Shown here one piece after another: positions 39,221 through 52,132 of a DNA stretch of 64,000 nt. Made by a program: the position numbers and the translations under genes. The notes under the pieces are model-generated. The model was not told the DNA's origin and did no database searches. It worked only from the letters and a program-made list of their open reading frames with translations. The stretch comes from Squalus acanthias (lineage: Eukaryota). Where the stretch lies: the NCBI GenBank assembly GCA_030390025.1, contig CM059439.1, positions 45,632,001 through 45,696,000 on the forward strand, written 5' to 3'. The number at the start of each line of letters is the position of its first letter. Within the stretch, counting starts at the first letter, position 1.

Positions 39221-41504
39221 ATAGAGTTATACAGCACAGAAAGAGGCCCTTCGGCCCATCGTGTCTGCGCTGGCCATCAAGCCCTGTCTATTCTAATCCC
39301 ATTTTCCAGCACTTGGTCCGTAGCCTTGTATGCTATGGTGTTTCAAGTGCTCATCTAAATGCTTCTTGAATGTTGTGAGGGTTCCTGCCTCTACCACCCT
39401 TTCAGGCAGTGAATTCCAGATTCCAACCACCCTCGGTGAAAAAGTTTTTCCTCAAATCCCCTCTAAACCTCCTGCCCCTTACCTTGAAACTATGCCCCCT
39501 GGTTATTGACCCCTCTACTAAGGGGAAAAGTTCCTTTCTATCTACCCTATCTATGCCCCATATAATTTTGTACACCTCAATCAGGTCCCCCCTCAGCCTT
39601 CTCTGCTCTAAGGAAAACAACCCCAGCCTGTCCAGTCTCTCTTCATAGCTGAAGCGCTCCAGCCCAGGTAACATCCTGGTGAATCTCCTCTGCACCCTCT
39701 CCAATGCAATCACATCCCTCCTATAGTGTGGCGACCAGAACTGCACACAGTATTCCAGCTGTGGCCTAACTAGCGTTTTGTACAGCTCCATCATAAACTC
39801 CCTGCTCTTATATTCTATGCCTCGGCTAATGAAGGCAAGTATCCCATATGCCTTTTTAACCACCTTATCTACCTGTCCTGCTGCCTTCAGGGATTTTTGT
39901 ACATGCACACCAAGGTCCCTCTGATCCTCTGTCCTTCCTAGGGTCCTACCATTCATTGTGTATTCCCTTGCCTTGTTAGTCCTGCCAAAATGCATCACCT
40001 CACACTTTACAGGGTTAAATTCCATTTGCCACTGTTCTGCCCATCTAACCATCCCGTCTATATCGTCCTGTAGCCTGAGGCTTCCCTCCTCGCTATTTAT
40101 CACTCCACCAATTTTCGTGTCATCTGCAAACTTACTGATCATACCTCCTACATTCATATCTAAATCATTAATGTACACTATAAACAGCAAAGGACCCAGC
40201 GGTACACTACTGGACACAGGCTTCCAGTCACAAAAACAACCTTCGACCATCACCCTCTGCCTCCTGCCACTAAGACAATTTTGGATCCAATGTGCCAAAT
40301 TGCCCTGGATCCCATGGGTTCTTACCTTCTTGACCAGTCTCCCATGCGGGACTTTGTCAAAAGCCTTACTGAAGTCCATGTAGACTACATCAACTGCACT
40401 ACCCTCATCCACACACCTAGTCACCCCCTCGAAAAATTCAATCAAATTGGTCAGACATGATCTCCCCCTGACAAAGCCACGCTGACTATCCTTGATTAAT
40501 CCCTGCCTCTCCAAGTGGAGACTAATTCTGTCCCTCAGAATTTTTTCCAATAATTTCCCTACCACTGACTCACTGGCTTGTAATTCCCTGGTTTATCCCT
40601 ACTATCCTTCTTGAACAATGGTATTACGTTAGCTGTTCTCCAGTCCTCTGGCTCCTCCCCTGTGGCCAGAGAGGTTCTGAAAATTTGTGTCAGAGCCCTT
40701 GCAATCTCCTCCCTTGCCTCACACAGCAGCCTGGGATACATCCCGTCAGGGCCTGGGGATTTATCCACTTTTAAGCCCGCTAAAACTGCTAGTACCTCCT
40801 CCCTCTCAATACTAATTTGTTCAAGTATATCACAATCCCCCTGCCTGATTTCTATGCCTATATCGTCCTTCTCCATAGTGAACACAGATGCAAAATATTC
40901 ATTTAAAACCTCACCTACATCTTCCGGCTCTACACACAGATTGCCACTTTGGTCCCTAATGGGCCCTACTCTTTCCCTGGTTATCCTCTTGCCCTTAATA
41001 TACTTATAAAACACCTTGGAATTTTCCTTTATTTTGCCCGCCAGTATTTTTTCATGCCCCCTCTTCGCTCTCCTAATTTCTTTTTTAAGTAACCCCCTGC
41101 ACTTTCTATACTCCTCTCGGGCTTCCATTGTTTTTAGTCCTTTGTATCTGCCAAAAGCCTCCCTTTTATTCCTAATCCATTCTTGTATATCCCTTGACAT
41201 CCAGGGTTCCCTGGGTTTGTTGGTCCCACCCTTGACCTTTACGGGAACATGTTGGCGTTGTACTCTCTCTATTTCCTTTCTGAAAGACTCCCACTGCTCT
41301 GATGTGGATTTTCCTACAAGTAGCTGATCCCAGTCCACTTTGGCCAGATCCTGCCTTATCATATTAAAATCGGCCTTCCCCCAATTTAGAACCTTTATTT
41401 CCGGTCCATCTTTGTCCTTTTCCATGACTACCTGAAATCTCACCGAATTATGGTCACTGTCACCAAAATGCTCTCCTACTGACACTTCTACCACTTGCCC
41501 AGCT
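39221..41504 (-). mobile_element. CR1 LINE, 3' part (ORF2 endonuclease end, RT, 3' UTR)
   Basis: ORFs 40559-41536 and 39402-40565 contain [32 protein letters not shown] and LVRPQLEYCVQFWSP; the frame is broken. Confidence 0.95.
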
Positions 41505-43305
41505 ACATGTGAAGAGAAAAAGATTGGTGAAGTCAAGCGTAGGTCCCTTGCAGTCAGAATCAGGGGAATTTATAATGGGGAACAAAGAAATGGCCGACCA
41601 ATTAAATACATACTTTGGTTCTATCTTCAAAAAGGAGGACACAAATAACCTCCCAGAGATGTCGGGGAACATAGGGTCTAATAAGAGGGAAGAACTGAAT
41701 GAAATCAGTATTTGTAGGAAATGGTGTTAGGGAAATTGACGGGATTGAAGGCCGATAAATCCCAAGAGCCTGATAATCTACATCCTAGGGTACTTAAGGA
41801 AGTGGCCCTAGAAATAGTAGATGCATTGCTGGTCATCTTCCAAAATTCTATAGACTCTGGAACAGTTCCCATGGATTGGAGGGTAGCTAATGTAACCCCA
41901 CTATTTAAAAAAGGTGGTAGAGAGAAAACGGGGAATTGTAAGCCTGACATCGGTAGTGGGGAAAATGCTAGAGTCCATTATAAAAGATGTAATAGCAGAG
42001 CACTTGGAAGACAGTGACAGGATCAGACAAAGTCAACATGGATTTACAAAAGGTAAATCATGCTTGACTAATCGACTGGTAGAATAGATAAGGGAGAACC
42101 AGTGGATGTGGTGTATTTGGACTTTCAGAAGGCTTTCGATAAGGTCCCGCATAAGAGATTGGCGTGCAAAGTTAAAGCAAATGGGATTGGGGGTAAGGTA
42201 CTGACTTGGATAGAGAACTGGTTGGCAGACAGGAAGCAAAGAGTTGGAATAAACGGGTCTTTTTCCGAGTGGCAGGCAGTGACTAGTGGGGTACCGCAGG
42301 GATCGGTGCTAGGACCCCAGTTATTCACAATATATATTAATGATCTAGACGAGGGAACTAGATGTAATATCTCCAAGTTTGGAGACGACACAAAGCTGGA
42401 TTGGCGTGTGTGTTGTGAGGAGGATGCAGAGAAACTCCAGTAGGATTTGGACAAGTTGGGTGATTGGGCAGATGTATGGCAGATGCAGTATAATGTGGAT
42501 AAATGCAAGGTTATCCACTTTGGTGGCAAAAACAGGAAGACAGATTATTTTCTGAACAGCAATAGATTGGGAAAAGGGGAAGTGCAACGAGACCTGTGAG
42601 TCCTTGTGCACCAGTCGTTGAAGGTAAGCATGCAGGTGCAGCAGGCGGTTAAGAAGGCAAATGGTATGTTGGCCTTCATAGCGAGAGGATTTGAGTACAG
42701 GAGCAAGGATGTCTTGCTGCAGTTGTACAGGGCCTTGGTGAGACCACACCTTGAGTATTGTGTGCAGTTTTGGTCGCCTTATCTGAGGAAGGATGTTCTT
42801 GCCATGGAGGAGTGCAGCGAAGATTCACCAGACTGATACCTGAGATGGCAGGAATGACGTATGAAGAGAGATTGGGACGATTGGGCTTATATTCGCTAGA
42901 GTTTAGAAGAATGAGAGGGGATCTCATTGAAACTTATAAAATTCTAACAGGACTAGACAGACTAGATGCAGGAAGGATGTTCCCGATGGCGGGGGAGTCC
43001 AGAACCAGGGGTCACAGTCTAAGGATAAGGGGTAAGCCATTTAGGACTGAGATGAGGAGGAATTTCTTCACCCAGAGAGTGGTGAACCTGTGGAATTCTC
43101 TACCACAGAAGGCAGTTGAGGCCAATTCATTAAATATATTCAAGAAGGAGTTAGATATATTTCTTAAGGCTAAAGGGATCAAGGGCTATGGGGAGAAAGC
43201 AGGGACAGGGTACTGAATTTGGATGATCAGCCATGATCTCATTAAATAGCGGAACAGGCTCGAGGGGCCGAATGGCCTACTCCTGCTCCTATCTTCTATG
43301 TTTCT
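41505..43305 (+). mobile_element. 5'-truncated CR1 LINE inserted in opposite orientation into another CR1
   Basis: [29 protein letters not shown] and LVRPHLEYCVQFWSP; 3' tail ...gggccgaatggcctactcctgctcctatcttctatgtttctat; several frameshifts and stops. Confidence 0.95.
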
Positions 43306-44308
43306 ATTCCCTAGAATTAGGTCCAGTACCGCCCCTTCTGTTGTAGGACTTTCTACATGCTGGCTCAAAAAGCTCTCCTGGATGCACTTTAAGAATTCCA
43401 CACCCTCTAAGCCTTTCACACTCTTGACTATCCCAGTTAATATTGGGGAAGTTGAAATCCCCTACTATTATTACCCTATTATTTCTACACTTCTCTGAGA
43501 TTTGTCTACATATCTGTTCCTCTATCTCCCCCTGACTGTTTGGGGGCCTATAGTACACTCCCAGCAAAGTGCTTGCCCCCTTTTTTTTTAAAGTTCTATC
43601 CATATGACCTCATTAGAGGAACCTGCTCAGATATCATCCCTCCTTACTGCAGCAATTGACTCCTTGATTAATATTGTGACACCCCCTTCTGTCTCGCCTG
43701 AAGATTCTATACCCCGGAATATTGAGCTGCCAGTCCTGCCCCTCCCTCAACCATGTCTCTATGATAGCAACAATATCATACTCCCATGTGTTCATCAACA
43801 CCTTCAATTCATCTGCCTTACTCACAAGACTCCTTGCATTAAAATAAATGCCATCCAGCCTTGCCATACTCCCTTGTGCCGTTACATATTTGCTCTGCCT
43901 TCCAGGCTGACTTGCTTTTTCCTCTATATTTGGCTGTGCATCACCCCCTACTATAGCTCCACTCCGTATCCCATCCCCCTGCCAAGTTATTTTAACCCCC
44001 CCCCAACAGCACTAGCAAACCTCCCCGCAAGGATGTTGGTCCCATTCCGGTTCAGGTGCAACCCGTCCGACTTGTACAGGTCCCACCTTCCCCAGATGCA
44101 AACCCAGTGATCCAGGAAACTAAAGCCCTCCCTCCTGCACCAACTCTTTAGCCACGCATTCATCTGCTCTATCCTCCTATTCCTATACTCACTAGCACGT
44201 GGCGCCGGGAGTAATCCAGAGATTACAACCTTTGAGGTCCTGCTTTTTAATCTGCTACCTAGCTCCCTAAATTCTTGTTGCAGGACCTCATCCCTCTTTC
44301 TACCCGTG
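43306..44308 (-). mobile_element. CR1 LINE, 5' part (ORF1 SGNH-esterase C-terminus and ORF2 APE endonuclease)
   Basis: VVISGLLP...NAWLKSWC...DGLHLN matches the SGNH DxxH block; YFNARSL, IETWL, VYYRPP and GDFNFP match APE. It joins the fragment ending at 41504 (LDLILGN|AGQVVEV). Confidence 0.9.
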
Positions 44309-45180
44309 TCCTCAGGTATTGAAGCAGTCCATGCTCGCATGCAATAGGACCTGGACGACGTTCCGGCTTGGGCTGATAAGTGGCAAGTAACATTCGCGCC
44401 ACAGAAGTGCGAGGCAATGACTATCTCCAACTAGCAAGAGTTTAACCACCGCCCCATGACATTCAATGGCATTACCATTGCCGAATCCCCCATCATCAAC
44501 ATCCTGGGGGTCACCATTGACCAGAAACTTAACTGGACCAGCCACATAAATGCTGTGGCAACAAGAGCAGGTCAGAGGCTTGGTATTCTGCAGTGAGTGT
44601 CTCACTACCTGACTCCCCAAAGCCTTTCTACCATCTACAAGACACAAGTAAGGAGTGTGATGGAATACTCTCCAGTTGCCTGGATGAGTGCAGCTCCAAC
44701 ATCACTCAAGAAGCTCGACACCATCCAGGACAAAGCAGCCCGCTTGATTGGCACCTCATCCACCACCTTAAATATTCACTCCCTCCACCACTGGCATACC
44801 GTGGCTGCAGTGTGTACCATCTACAAGATGCACTGCAGCAACTCACCAAGACTTCTTTGGCAGCACCTCCCAAACCCGCGACCTCTTCCACCTAGAAGGA
44901 TAAGGGCAGCAGACGCATGGGAACACCAGCACCTCCAAGTTCTCCTCCAAGTCACACACCATCCTGACTTGGAAGTATATCGCCGATCCTTCATTGTCGC
45001 CGGGTCAAAATCCTGGAACTCCCTCCCTAACAGCACTGTGGGAGTACCTTCACCACATGGACTGCAGTGGTTCAAGAAGGCGGCTCACCACCACCTTCTC
45101 AAGGGCAACTAGGGGTGGGCAATAAATGCTGGCCTTGCCAACGACGCCCACATTCCATAAACGAATAATAAAAAAAAAAC
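44309..45180 (+). mobile_element. CR1/Jockey-group LINE, right half with 3' end and A tail
   Basis: AWADKWQVTFAP, ILGVTIDQKLNW and IYKTQVRSVMEYSP; ends ...gaataataaaaaaaaaa. Confidence 0.88.
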
Positions 45181-45640
45181 ACATTTCTTTAAGACTTGTT
45201 CCTTTCCAGTTTGAAAGGATGAATTGACATCACTTCTATTTCCAATAACTGCAGCATCAATAATTTAAATAAGTACAATGAAAAGATTGTTTCTTTTATG
45301 AATTCTCTATCATGATGGTAAATATTCATACAAGGCAAATATACCATCGGGATAAATATTCTGGGTGCAAATAATGTCCACCCTCCTCCATTTCTTCAAT
45401 TTTTTATACAATCAGTAAAATGATGATGCCCAATTTTGTTTCCTTATGAATAATAGAAATCATCCCTTTATGTTGATGTACTTCTCTTAAACCTGATATG
45501 CTATTTACAAAATTAAACTGCAGTGTCTCTAACTCAACCAAATCCAAATCTGAATATAGAGCAAAACCTTTCCAATATGTTACCATGTGGGGTTGGAGTA
45601 CTGATGACCACCTGTGAAAAGTCAGTATGTCAGAGACTTA

Positions 45641-46413
45641 GGGGTAAAAATTGAGTCGCGCCCCATTTGGGGCGCTAACCTCGCCGGGGCGCTACTTTTA
45701 GCGCCCCGAAAAAATTAGCGGCCCCGCGCCGGAACTTCAGTGGTTGCGCCCCAAGAGGGAAGCGGGGCGCCACTGGAAGCACCCCGCATCCCTCTTGGGG
45801 CGCTGCGAGGGAATATCCTGGCGCTACGTGCCGCAGCGCCAGGCGCTGCGGCACGTCGCGCCGCGGTATTGCAGGCCTTCCTCCCCTTCTTAAAGGGGAG
45901 GGACCCTGCGCAGCGCGAACCGGGGCCCAGCTGGGCCCCCAGGGATCGGGAGTGCCGGCAAAAGAGCCCGGCACTCAAGAGAAGTGCTGGGCTCTTGGAG
46001 CGCAGCCGGCACTTCACGGTGGGGGGGCTTCACGGGGGCCGGGGACAGCAACGGGGGCAGGTGCTGGCAGGCGGCCAGCAACAAAAATGGCCGCCTGCCA
46101 CCTCCCCTTTAAATATCGCCGCCCCGGCCGCACGTACACCTCCCTGAACCCGTCGGACATAGCGTCTGGCGGTAAATCAGGGGGCGCGACTGAAGATCGC
46201 GGCTGGAGCGCGAGCGGGGTGCTGCGCACGGCGATGACGTCATCGCCGGCGGCGCAGCGCCACAGGGCGCTACCGGCTGGCGCCGCCGCTAACCTCCCGC
46301 TGAATTTTACGGGAGGCGTGGGCGGCGCTGCGCCCGGGCGTTAGCTGCTTTACGCCCCATTAGCGCCCTCTTAAGGCGCTAACGGGAGGCGCAAGCAGCT
46401 GAATTTTTCCCCC
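45641..46413. mobile_element. Very GC/CpG-rich PIF/Harbinger-type MITE
   Basis: TIRs GGGGTAAAAATT / (rc) GGGGGAAAAATT and TSD TTA (45638-45640 and 46414-46416); many GGGGCGC/GCGCCCC sub-repeats. Retained CpGs suggest a young copy. Confidence 0.85.
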
Positions 46414-46479
46414 TTAGTTAATTATAAACTGGAACCAATAGCATTTCTAGATGAAATATGTGCACTTGATCTTTTTTCC

Positions 46480-46903
46480 AACACAACAAAAAATGAATAC
46501 AACCCTAACTTTTTTGCCTCAAGTTCTGCCTGTGTTCTTTCTGGAATTGTTTTCTTGTGGTCCAGAACTTTTTGAAAGCGTTTAACCCATCATTAGATCT
46601 TGCTTCTTCTGAAATTAAAGCCAACCCATTCTTACTTTTACCGGAAGACGGGGCAATACCAAATTTCTCCCCCTTTGTCTTTCTTGGCCGAAAGAAGCTT
46701 TGTTATTTTGCATACAGTCTTGATTTCTCTCTGCTGATGGTTCCACTTCTACTGTATATCCAGTTTTTTTGACATTTCTTGTACTACCTTTAACTTCCTT
46801 ATTCTTATTCCTATGTACCTTTTCCAATCTTTATGGATCCTGCCATCATTCAGGTTCCATCTTTAATTTCTTTCTTTCTTTTACCTGCTTCCATGTTCTG
46901 CCA
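46480..46903 (-). mobile_element. Old RTE-clade LINE fragment (downstream part)
   Basis: Degenerate GRTWKQVKERKKLK...NKNKEVKGSTRNVKK...EIKTVCKITK, contiguous with the fragment starting at 48740 once the L2 is removed. Confidence 0.6.
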
Positions 46904-48739
46904 TTCAGGACCTTAAACCCTTTTCTCCTGCCCCATCCACCCTCACCTCCAACAACAAGTGCGACAAGTTCATGGATTTCTTTGCCATTAAGATTGAGAC
47001 CATCCATTCCGCTGTTTCTGCTGCATCTCTCCCTTCCCCAAGCCCACCAAGCCAAGATTCCCCCTAGGTTTTTCCGTGCTGAGCCCTGAACGCGCATCTT
47101 TCTCTAGTTTCTCTCCTATCTTCCCTCATACCCTCTCCAAGTTCATCTTCTCCATGAGACCCACCTCCTTCTTTATCACCCCTATTCCCACAAAACTGCT
47201 GACCACCCAACTTTCCTTCCTGGCCCCATGCTAGCTGATAGTGTAAATGGTGCCCTCTCATCAGGTACTATCCCCCTCCCTTTCAAACCTGCCATCATCA
47301 CCTCCCTCCTCAAAAAACCCACCCTTGTCCCCTCTGTCCTTACAAACTACCACCACATCTCCAACCTCCCTTTCCTCTCTAATGTTATTGAATGTGTTGT
47401 CGCCTCCCAAATCTGTGCTCATCTTTCCTGCAACTCCATGTTTGAACCCCTCCAATCAGGTTTCTGCCCCTGCCACAGCACGGAAACGGCCCTAATCATA
47501 GTCAATGACATCCTCTGTGACTGTGACTGTGACTGTAGTGAACTATCTCTCTGCAGACCTCTCTGCAGCCTTTGCCATGGTTGACCATACCATCCTTCTC
47601 CAACGCCCCAACGTTGTCCAGCTGAGTGGGACTGCCTTTGCCTGGTTTCACTCTTACCTATCCAGCCATTGCCAAAGAATCTCCTGCAATGGCTTCTATT
47701 CCTGCCCCCACACCGTTACTTCCAGAGTATTCCAAGGCTCTATCCTTAGCCCCTTCCTATTTCTTATCTATATTATGCCCCTTGGCAACATCATCCGAAG
47801 ACATGAAGTCAGGTTCCACATGTACGCTTACGACACCCAGCTCTATCTCACCACCATCTCTCTTGACCCCCTCTGCTGCCTCTATGTTGTCAGACTGCTT
47901 ATTCGACATCCAGTCATAGATGAGCCACAATTTCCTCCAATTAAACATTGGGAAGACCAAAGCCATTGTCTTTGGTCTTCACCACAAACTCCGTTCCCTT
48001 GCCACCAATTCCATCCCCCTCCCTAGCCACAGTCTCAGGCTGAACCAGATTATTCAAAACCTTGGTGTCCTATTTGATGCTGAACTGAGCTTCCTACCCC
48101 ATATCCTCTCCATTACAAAGACCAATTACTTCCAGCTCCATAACATTACCTGTCTCTGCCCCTACCTCAGCATATCTGCTGCTGAAACCCTCATCCATGC
48201 TTTTGTTATCTCCAGACTCAACTATTCCAATGCTTTCCTGGCCAACCTCTCATCTTCCATCCTCCATAAACTTGAGCTCATCCACAATTCTGCTGCCCGT
48301 ATCGTAACCCACATCCATCAACCCTGTGCTTGTTGACGTACATTGGCCATTAATGCCTGATATTAAAATTCTCATCCTTGTGTTGAAATCCCTCCATGAC
48401 CTCACTCCTCCCTATCTCTGTAACCTCCTCCAGCCCTGATACCCTCCAAGTGCTCTGCATTCCTCCAACTTTGGCTTCTTGTGCATCCCCCACTCTCTTC
48501 ACCCCACCATTGGTGGCTGTGCCTTAATTTCTAGAATTCCCTCCCTAAATCTCTCTGGATCTCCACTTTTCTCTCCTCCTTTAAGACTCTTTGTAAAACC
48601 TACCTCTTTGACCAACCTTATACTCATCCATCCTAATATCTTCGTTGGTTCGGTGTCAATTTTTGTCAGATTGCACTCCTGTGAAGCACCTTGGGACATT
48701 TTCCTACGTTAAAGGCGCTATATAAATGCAAGTTGTTGT
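46904..48739 (+). mobile_element. L2-clade LINE, 5'-truncated
   Basis: LLKKPTL...ISNLPFLS...LQSGF...HSTETAL...DLSAAF...QGSILSP...YAYDTQLY; 3' end ggcgctatataaatgcaagttgttgt; flanked by TGCCA on both sides. Confidence 0.9.
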
Positions 48740-49620
48740 TGCCAGTGATCCATCTTTCTTCTTTCCATTTTCTGTAGTGAATAGATCTCTCAGCTTATTT
48801 GTTTGTTTGACAAAGCATGCTCATAGGTCTTCAACATTCCCAGTACTTAAAAGTGGTATTTTATTCCCACAACAAAACTACTACTCAATTCTGGGTCTCT
48901 CATTAGTAAATTGCCACTTATTTTGCTATTTCTGCTTGCATGCACCGTATTTTACTTTCAGTATTATTAGACAATGGCCACTTCCAATATCTGCATCTCT
49001 GTATCATCTAACATTGTTCATAACTCTTTTCCATCCCCTGTTTACTGCAATGTAACCAATCAGTTTCTTGATGATACTACCTTGGGATTTCCATATCATT
49101 TTATGTGCATAAAGTGTACCTCCTGTCACTAGGTTTGTGCATGGCATGGAACTGGGCAAAATGCTCCCCAGCTTCATTAATTGTATCTAAACCTTGAATA
49201 TGATTGGTCATATTTCTTTCAAGTATTCTTTCCAGTTGTCATTTTCATATAATTCCTATGAGCCATGAGTAGTATTACATGATGCTTTGGAAGATTATTC
49301 ATGGTGCCTTGTAACATAAAATATGCCATTTCCTCTTCTTCATTTCCTTCTGTCGGTGCAAACATTATACTATTGTCATCTTTGCATGGCAAGTCTTGAC
49401 TCTCATAGTGTGAAGTCTCCCTGACTGTGTTCCATTCTCTAATTGTTTTGCTGCAGCTGGTAATGAGGCAGAGTCATACTTTGTCTATCATTTCTGTCAG
49501 AATACAGTATTTAATGTTGTCATTTTTTGCCCCTGGTTAGTGTATTTTACTTATGCCAAGGATGGTAGATCTACACCCTTTCTTTCACTGGTTAATTCAC
49601 TTTTGAAGGGTATAAGCATT
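48740..49620 (-). mobile_element. Old RTE-clade LINE fragment (APE endonuclease)
   Basis: Degenerate frames give APTEGNEEEE, PKHHVILLM, VTGGTLYAHK, IGYIAVN and YRDADIGSGH, typical of RTE endonuclease motifs. Confidence 0.65.
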
Positions 49621-50917
49621 CCTGCACGTGATTTGAAAGTCATACATTGTGTCTTTATTTTTATATAATACTTCAGTATCATATTATGTATACTTAGTTA
49701 GCAAAACTTACAGCAATTTGGAAAGCAGAGAAGTAGAGTTGATTGGAGTGTACAGCTTCTCTGCAGTACACGCTGATAAACTGGAAGATGCCAAACTGAG
49801 GCACTATAGTACCACCTCTGGTGGGAGGGTGTAATTACAGTGTGACATGTTTACATAGGCAGTCTCAATTATAAATGTGGTCATCGGATTTTATAGTTAG
49901 AAAAAAATGACAGGAAATGTATGCTAAAATAAGATTTTTAATATATTATATATTGATATCCTGTGGTTGCACCCAGTAAATCAGACAATATGGTCTCTCT
50001 CTTACCTGACTCTGCTGTCTTTGTGTTGCTGTTTTTTCTCTCTCTCTTCTCTGGTTCTGTCGACCTTTTTTTTCCTGCTTTTCTTCCCTTAGCTCTTCAT
50101 TTTGCCTCTCTCTCTGTCTTTTCCTTTTCTTTTGTTTGGGGTGGGAGATGATGCGTAGTTTAAAGCAATGTGGCAGAGGAAGGATCCACCAACAGCTGCT
50201 GGCTGCATTTAAGGAGGGGGTTGTTTGGAAAATGCAGTCAACAGTGGCTCCATTCCCATTCCCTCCTCCAATCACTAACCCTTCATTCTCATTGTGTCCC
50301 GTGTTCATTTACCTTCACACTATCCATTTCTCTTCCTACCACACCCTCACTTCCATCACTATCGTTACCTCCTCCATTTAAATGACCCACTCAACCCCTG
50401 TATTCTCCACTCCCCTTTGTTTTGTTCTATAACTCACTCCCCCCCAACCCCGCCTTAAGCCACTTGTTCCACTCCTACTCACTCTCTCCAAGGGCAGGTG
50501 TTGAGACTCTAGTGGGCCCCTCACCTTCAACCAGTTTCTCTCCCCATTTCCTCTTCTCATCACACCCTTCCTTCCTATCTGTTTTCCTCAGAGGCTTTGT
50601 TTACTTTCAAAATTCAACTACTTTTAAAGAAATCAAATCGGAATGAGGAAAGAAACTGCCTGTATGCCTGCCATGTTTTCGACTTGTGTCCTTCTCTCTA
50701 TCCCTTTGTCTCATAGCTATTAGACATTAGAATCTCTGCCTCACAAGTGCCATTAGCATTGACCTTTACTAACTGTCAACAACAGCAGCACAGGTAAAGG
50801 TAATTAGCAAAATTGAACTGCCACTTTTATTAAGTTGAAGTAACGACACCTGAAGAAAGACATGCTTACTCCCCCTGCCCCAGTTTCTCTTTCATTTTCT
50901 AAAGTTTAATCAACGAA

Positions 50918-51030
50918 ACAAAGAAAAACTTGCATTTATAGAGCACCTTACACCATCTCAGGACATCTCAAAATGCTTTACAGCCAATTAAGTACTTCTG
51001 AAGTGTCTTCATTGTTGCACTGTTGGAATT
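50918..51030 (-). mobile_element. SINE 3' tail fragment (same family as 33531)
   Basis: aaagaaaaacttgcatttatagagcacctta...caggacatctcaaaatgctttacagccaattaagtacttctgaagtgt. Confidence 0.7.
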
Positions 51031-51683
51031 ACAGTAATGCACACAAAAGAAAGGCTACAACAGGTAAGTAACCAGAATCCTGTCATTTTTATCTTTCTCT
51101 CTCACACGCACACACAACCTCTCTGTGTATTTAAAAAAAATACTTGATTTGAATTTTATCTCAGTAAAACTTTTGACGTTTGTCCTCTAGGACTTCTTCA
51201 AATAATGCTGTAAACCTTTTGAACAGAAACTGCTAGAAGCTAAAGAAAAAACATTCTTCAGCATGGCCGACTGAATGGTACCCCTGGGAAATTATGTGCA
51301 CTGCATATTGCTCAGTCTGCACAATCCAAGTTCAACTGCAAGCCCAGGGTTTTGGGAGAGGCTGAGACCTTCAAGTAGAAATTTTAATGAAGGATTAAAG
51401 GACACAAATGACAACTCAATGGAATAATCATGTTTTTGTGAAATATGTAATTAAATTTTTATTTTTTATTTTGGTTAAACCCTTATTTTGGATATTAGAA
51501 ATTTCAACTACCGAGAAGAAAAAAAGACAATGGAAAAATATATTTTCAGAAGTACTTTGAGAGAATTCTGGGAATCCAGTATACATAGGAAAAAGTTAAC
51601 AATTGGAAGGCAAATGTGCACAGACCCAAGAGTTTTAATATATTACTTTCAATCTCCTGGGGCTCTGCAATCTTCAGATTATT

Positions 51684-52132
51684 ATTCATTCATGGGCTGT
51701 GGATGTTGCTGGCACGGCCAGCATTTATTGCCCATCCCTAATTGCCCTTGAGAAGGTGGTTGTGAGCTGCCTTCCTGAACCGCTGCAGTCATGAGGTGAA
51801 GGCTTATTGTGTTTCCTAGCGGTTTGATACAACTGAGTGGCTTGCTAGGCCATTTCAGAGGGCAGTTAAGAGTCAACCACATTGCTGTGGGTCTGGAGTC
51901 ACATTTAGGCCAGACCAGGTAAGATTTCCCTGAAGGATATTAGTGAACCAGATGGGTTTTTATGACAATCGGGTAGTTTCATGGTCACCATCATTTTTAT
52001 TCCAGATTTATTTAATTAACTTAATTTAAATTCCCCAGCTGCCCCGGTGGGAGTTGAACTCATGTCTCTGGATCATAAGTCCAGCCCTCTGGATTACTAG
52101 TCTAGTAAGATAGCAACTATGCTACCGTACCC
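51684..52132 (-). mobile_element. Near full-length tRNA-head SINE
   Basis: Minus-strand head GGGTACGGTAGCATAGTTGC (A-box-like) and GAGTTCAACTCCC (B-box-like); the 3' ~110 nt match the 3' end of the LINE at 45061-45170. Confidence 0.8.

Noticed and set aside
39402-41536. Long RT-like ORFs (387 and 325 aa) as a functional or domesticated gene
   Set aside because: Frameshifted, the PQG motif is deleted, and the element is interrupted by another CR1; a dead copy.
45675-46344. Cluster of overlapping 64-135 aa ORFs and apparent CpG island
   Set aside because: Lies wholly within a TIR/TSD-bounded GC-rich MITE; open frames reflect few stop codons in GC-rich DNA. The same applies to ORFs at 2381-2790.
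52030-52132. tRNA-like A and B boxes
   Set aside because: No cloverleaf is evident and it is contiguous with a SINE body and LINE-derived tail, so it is a SINE head.
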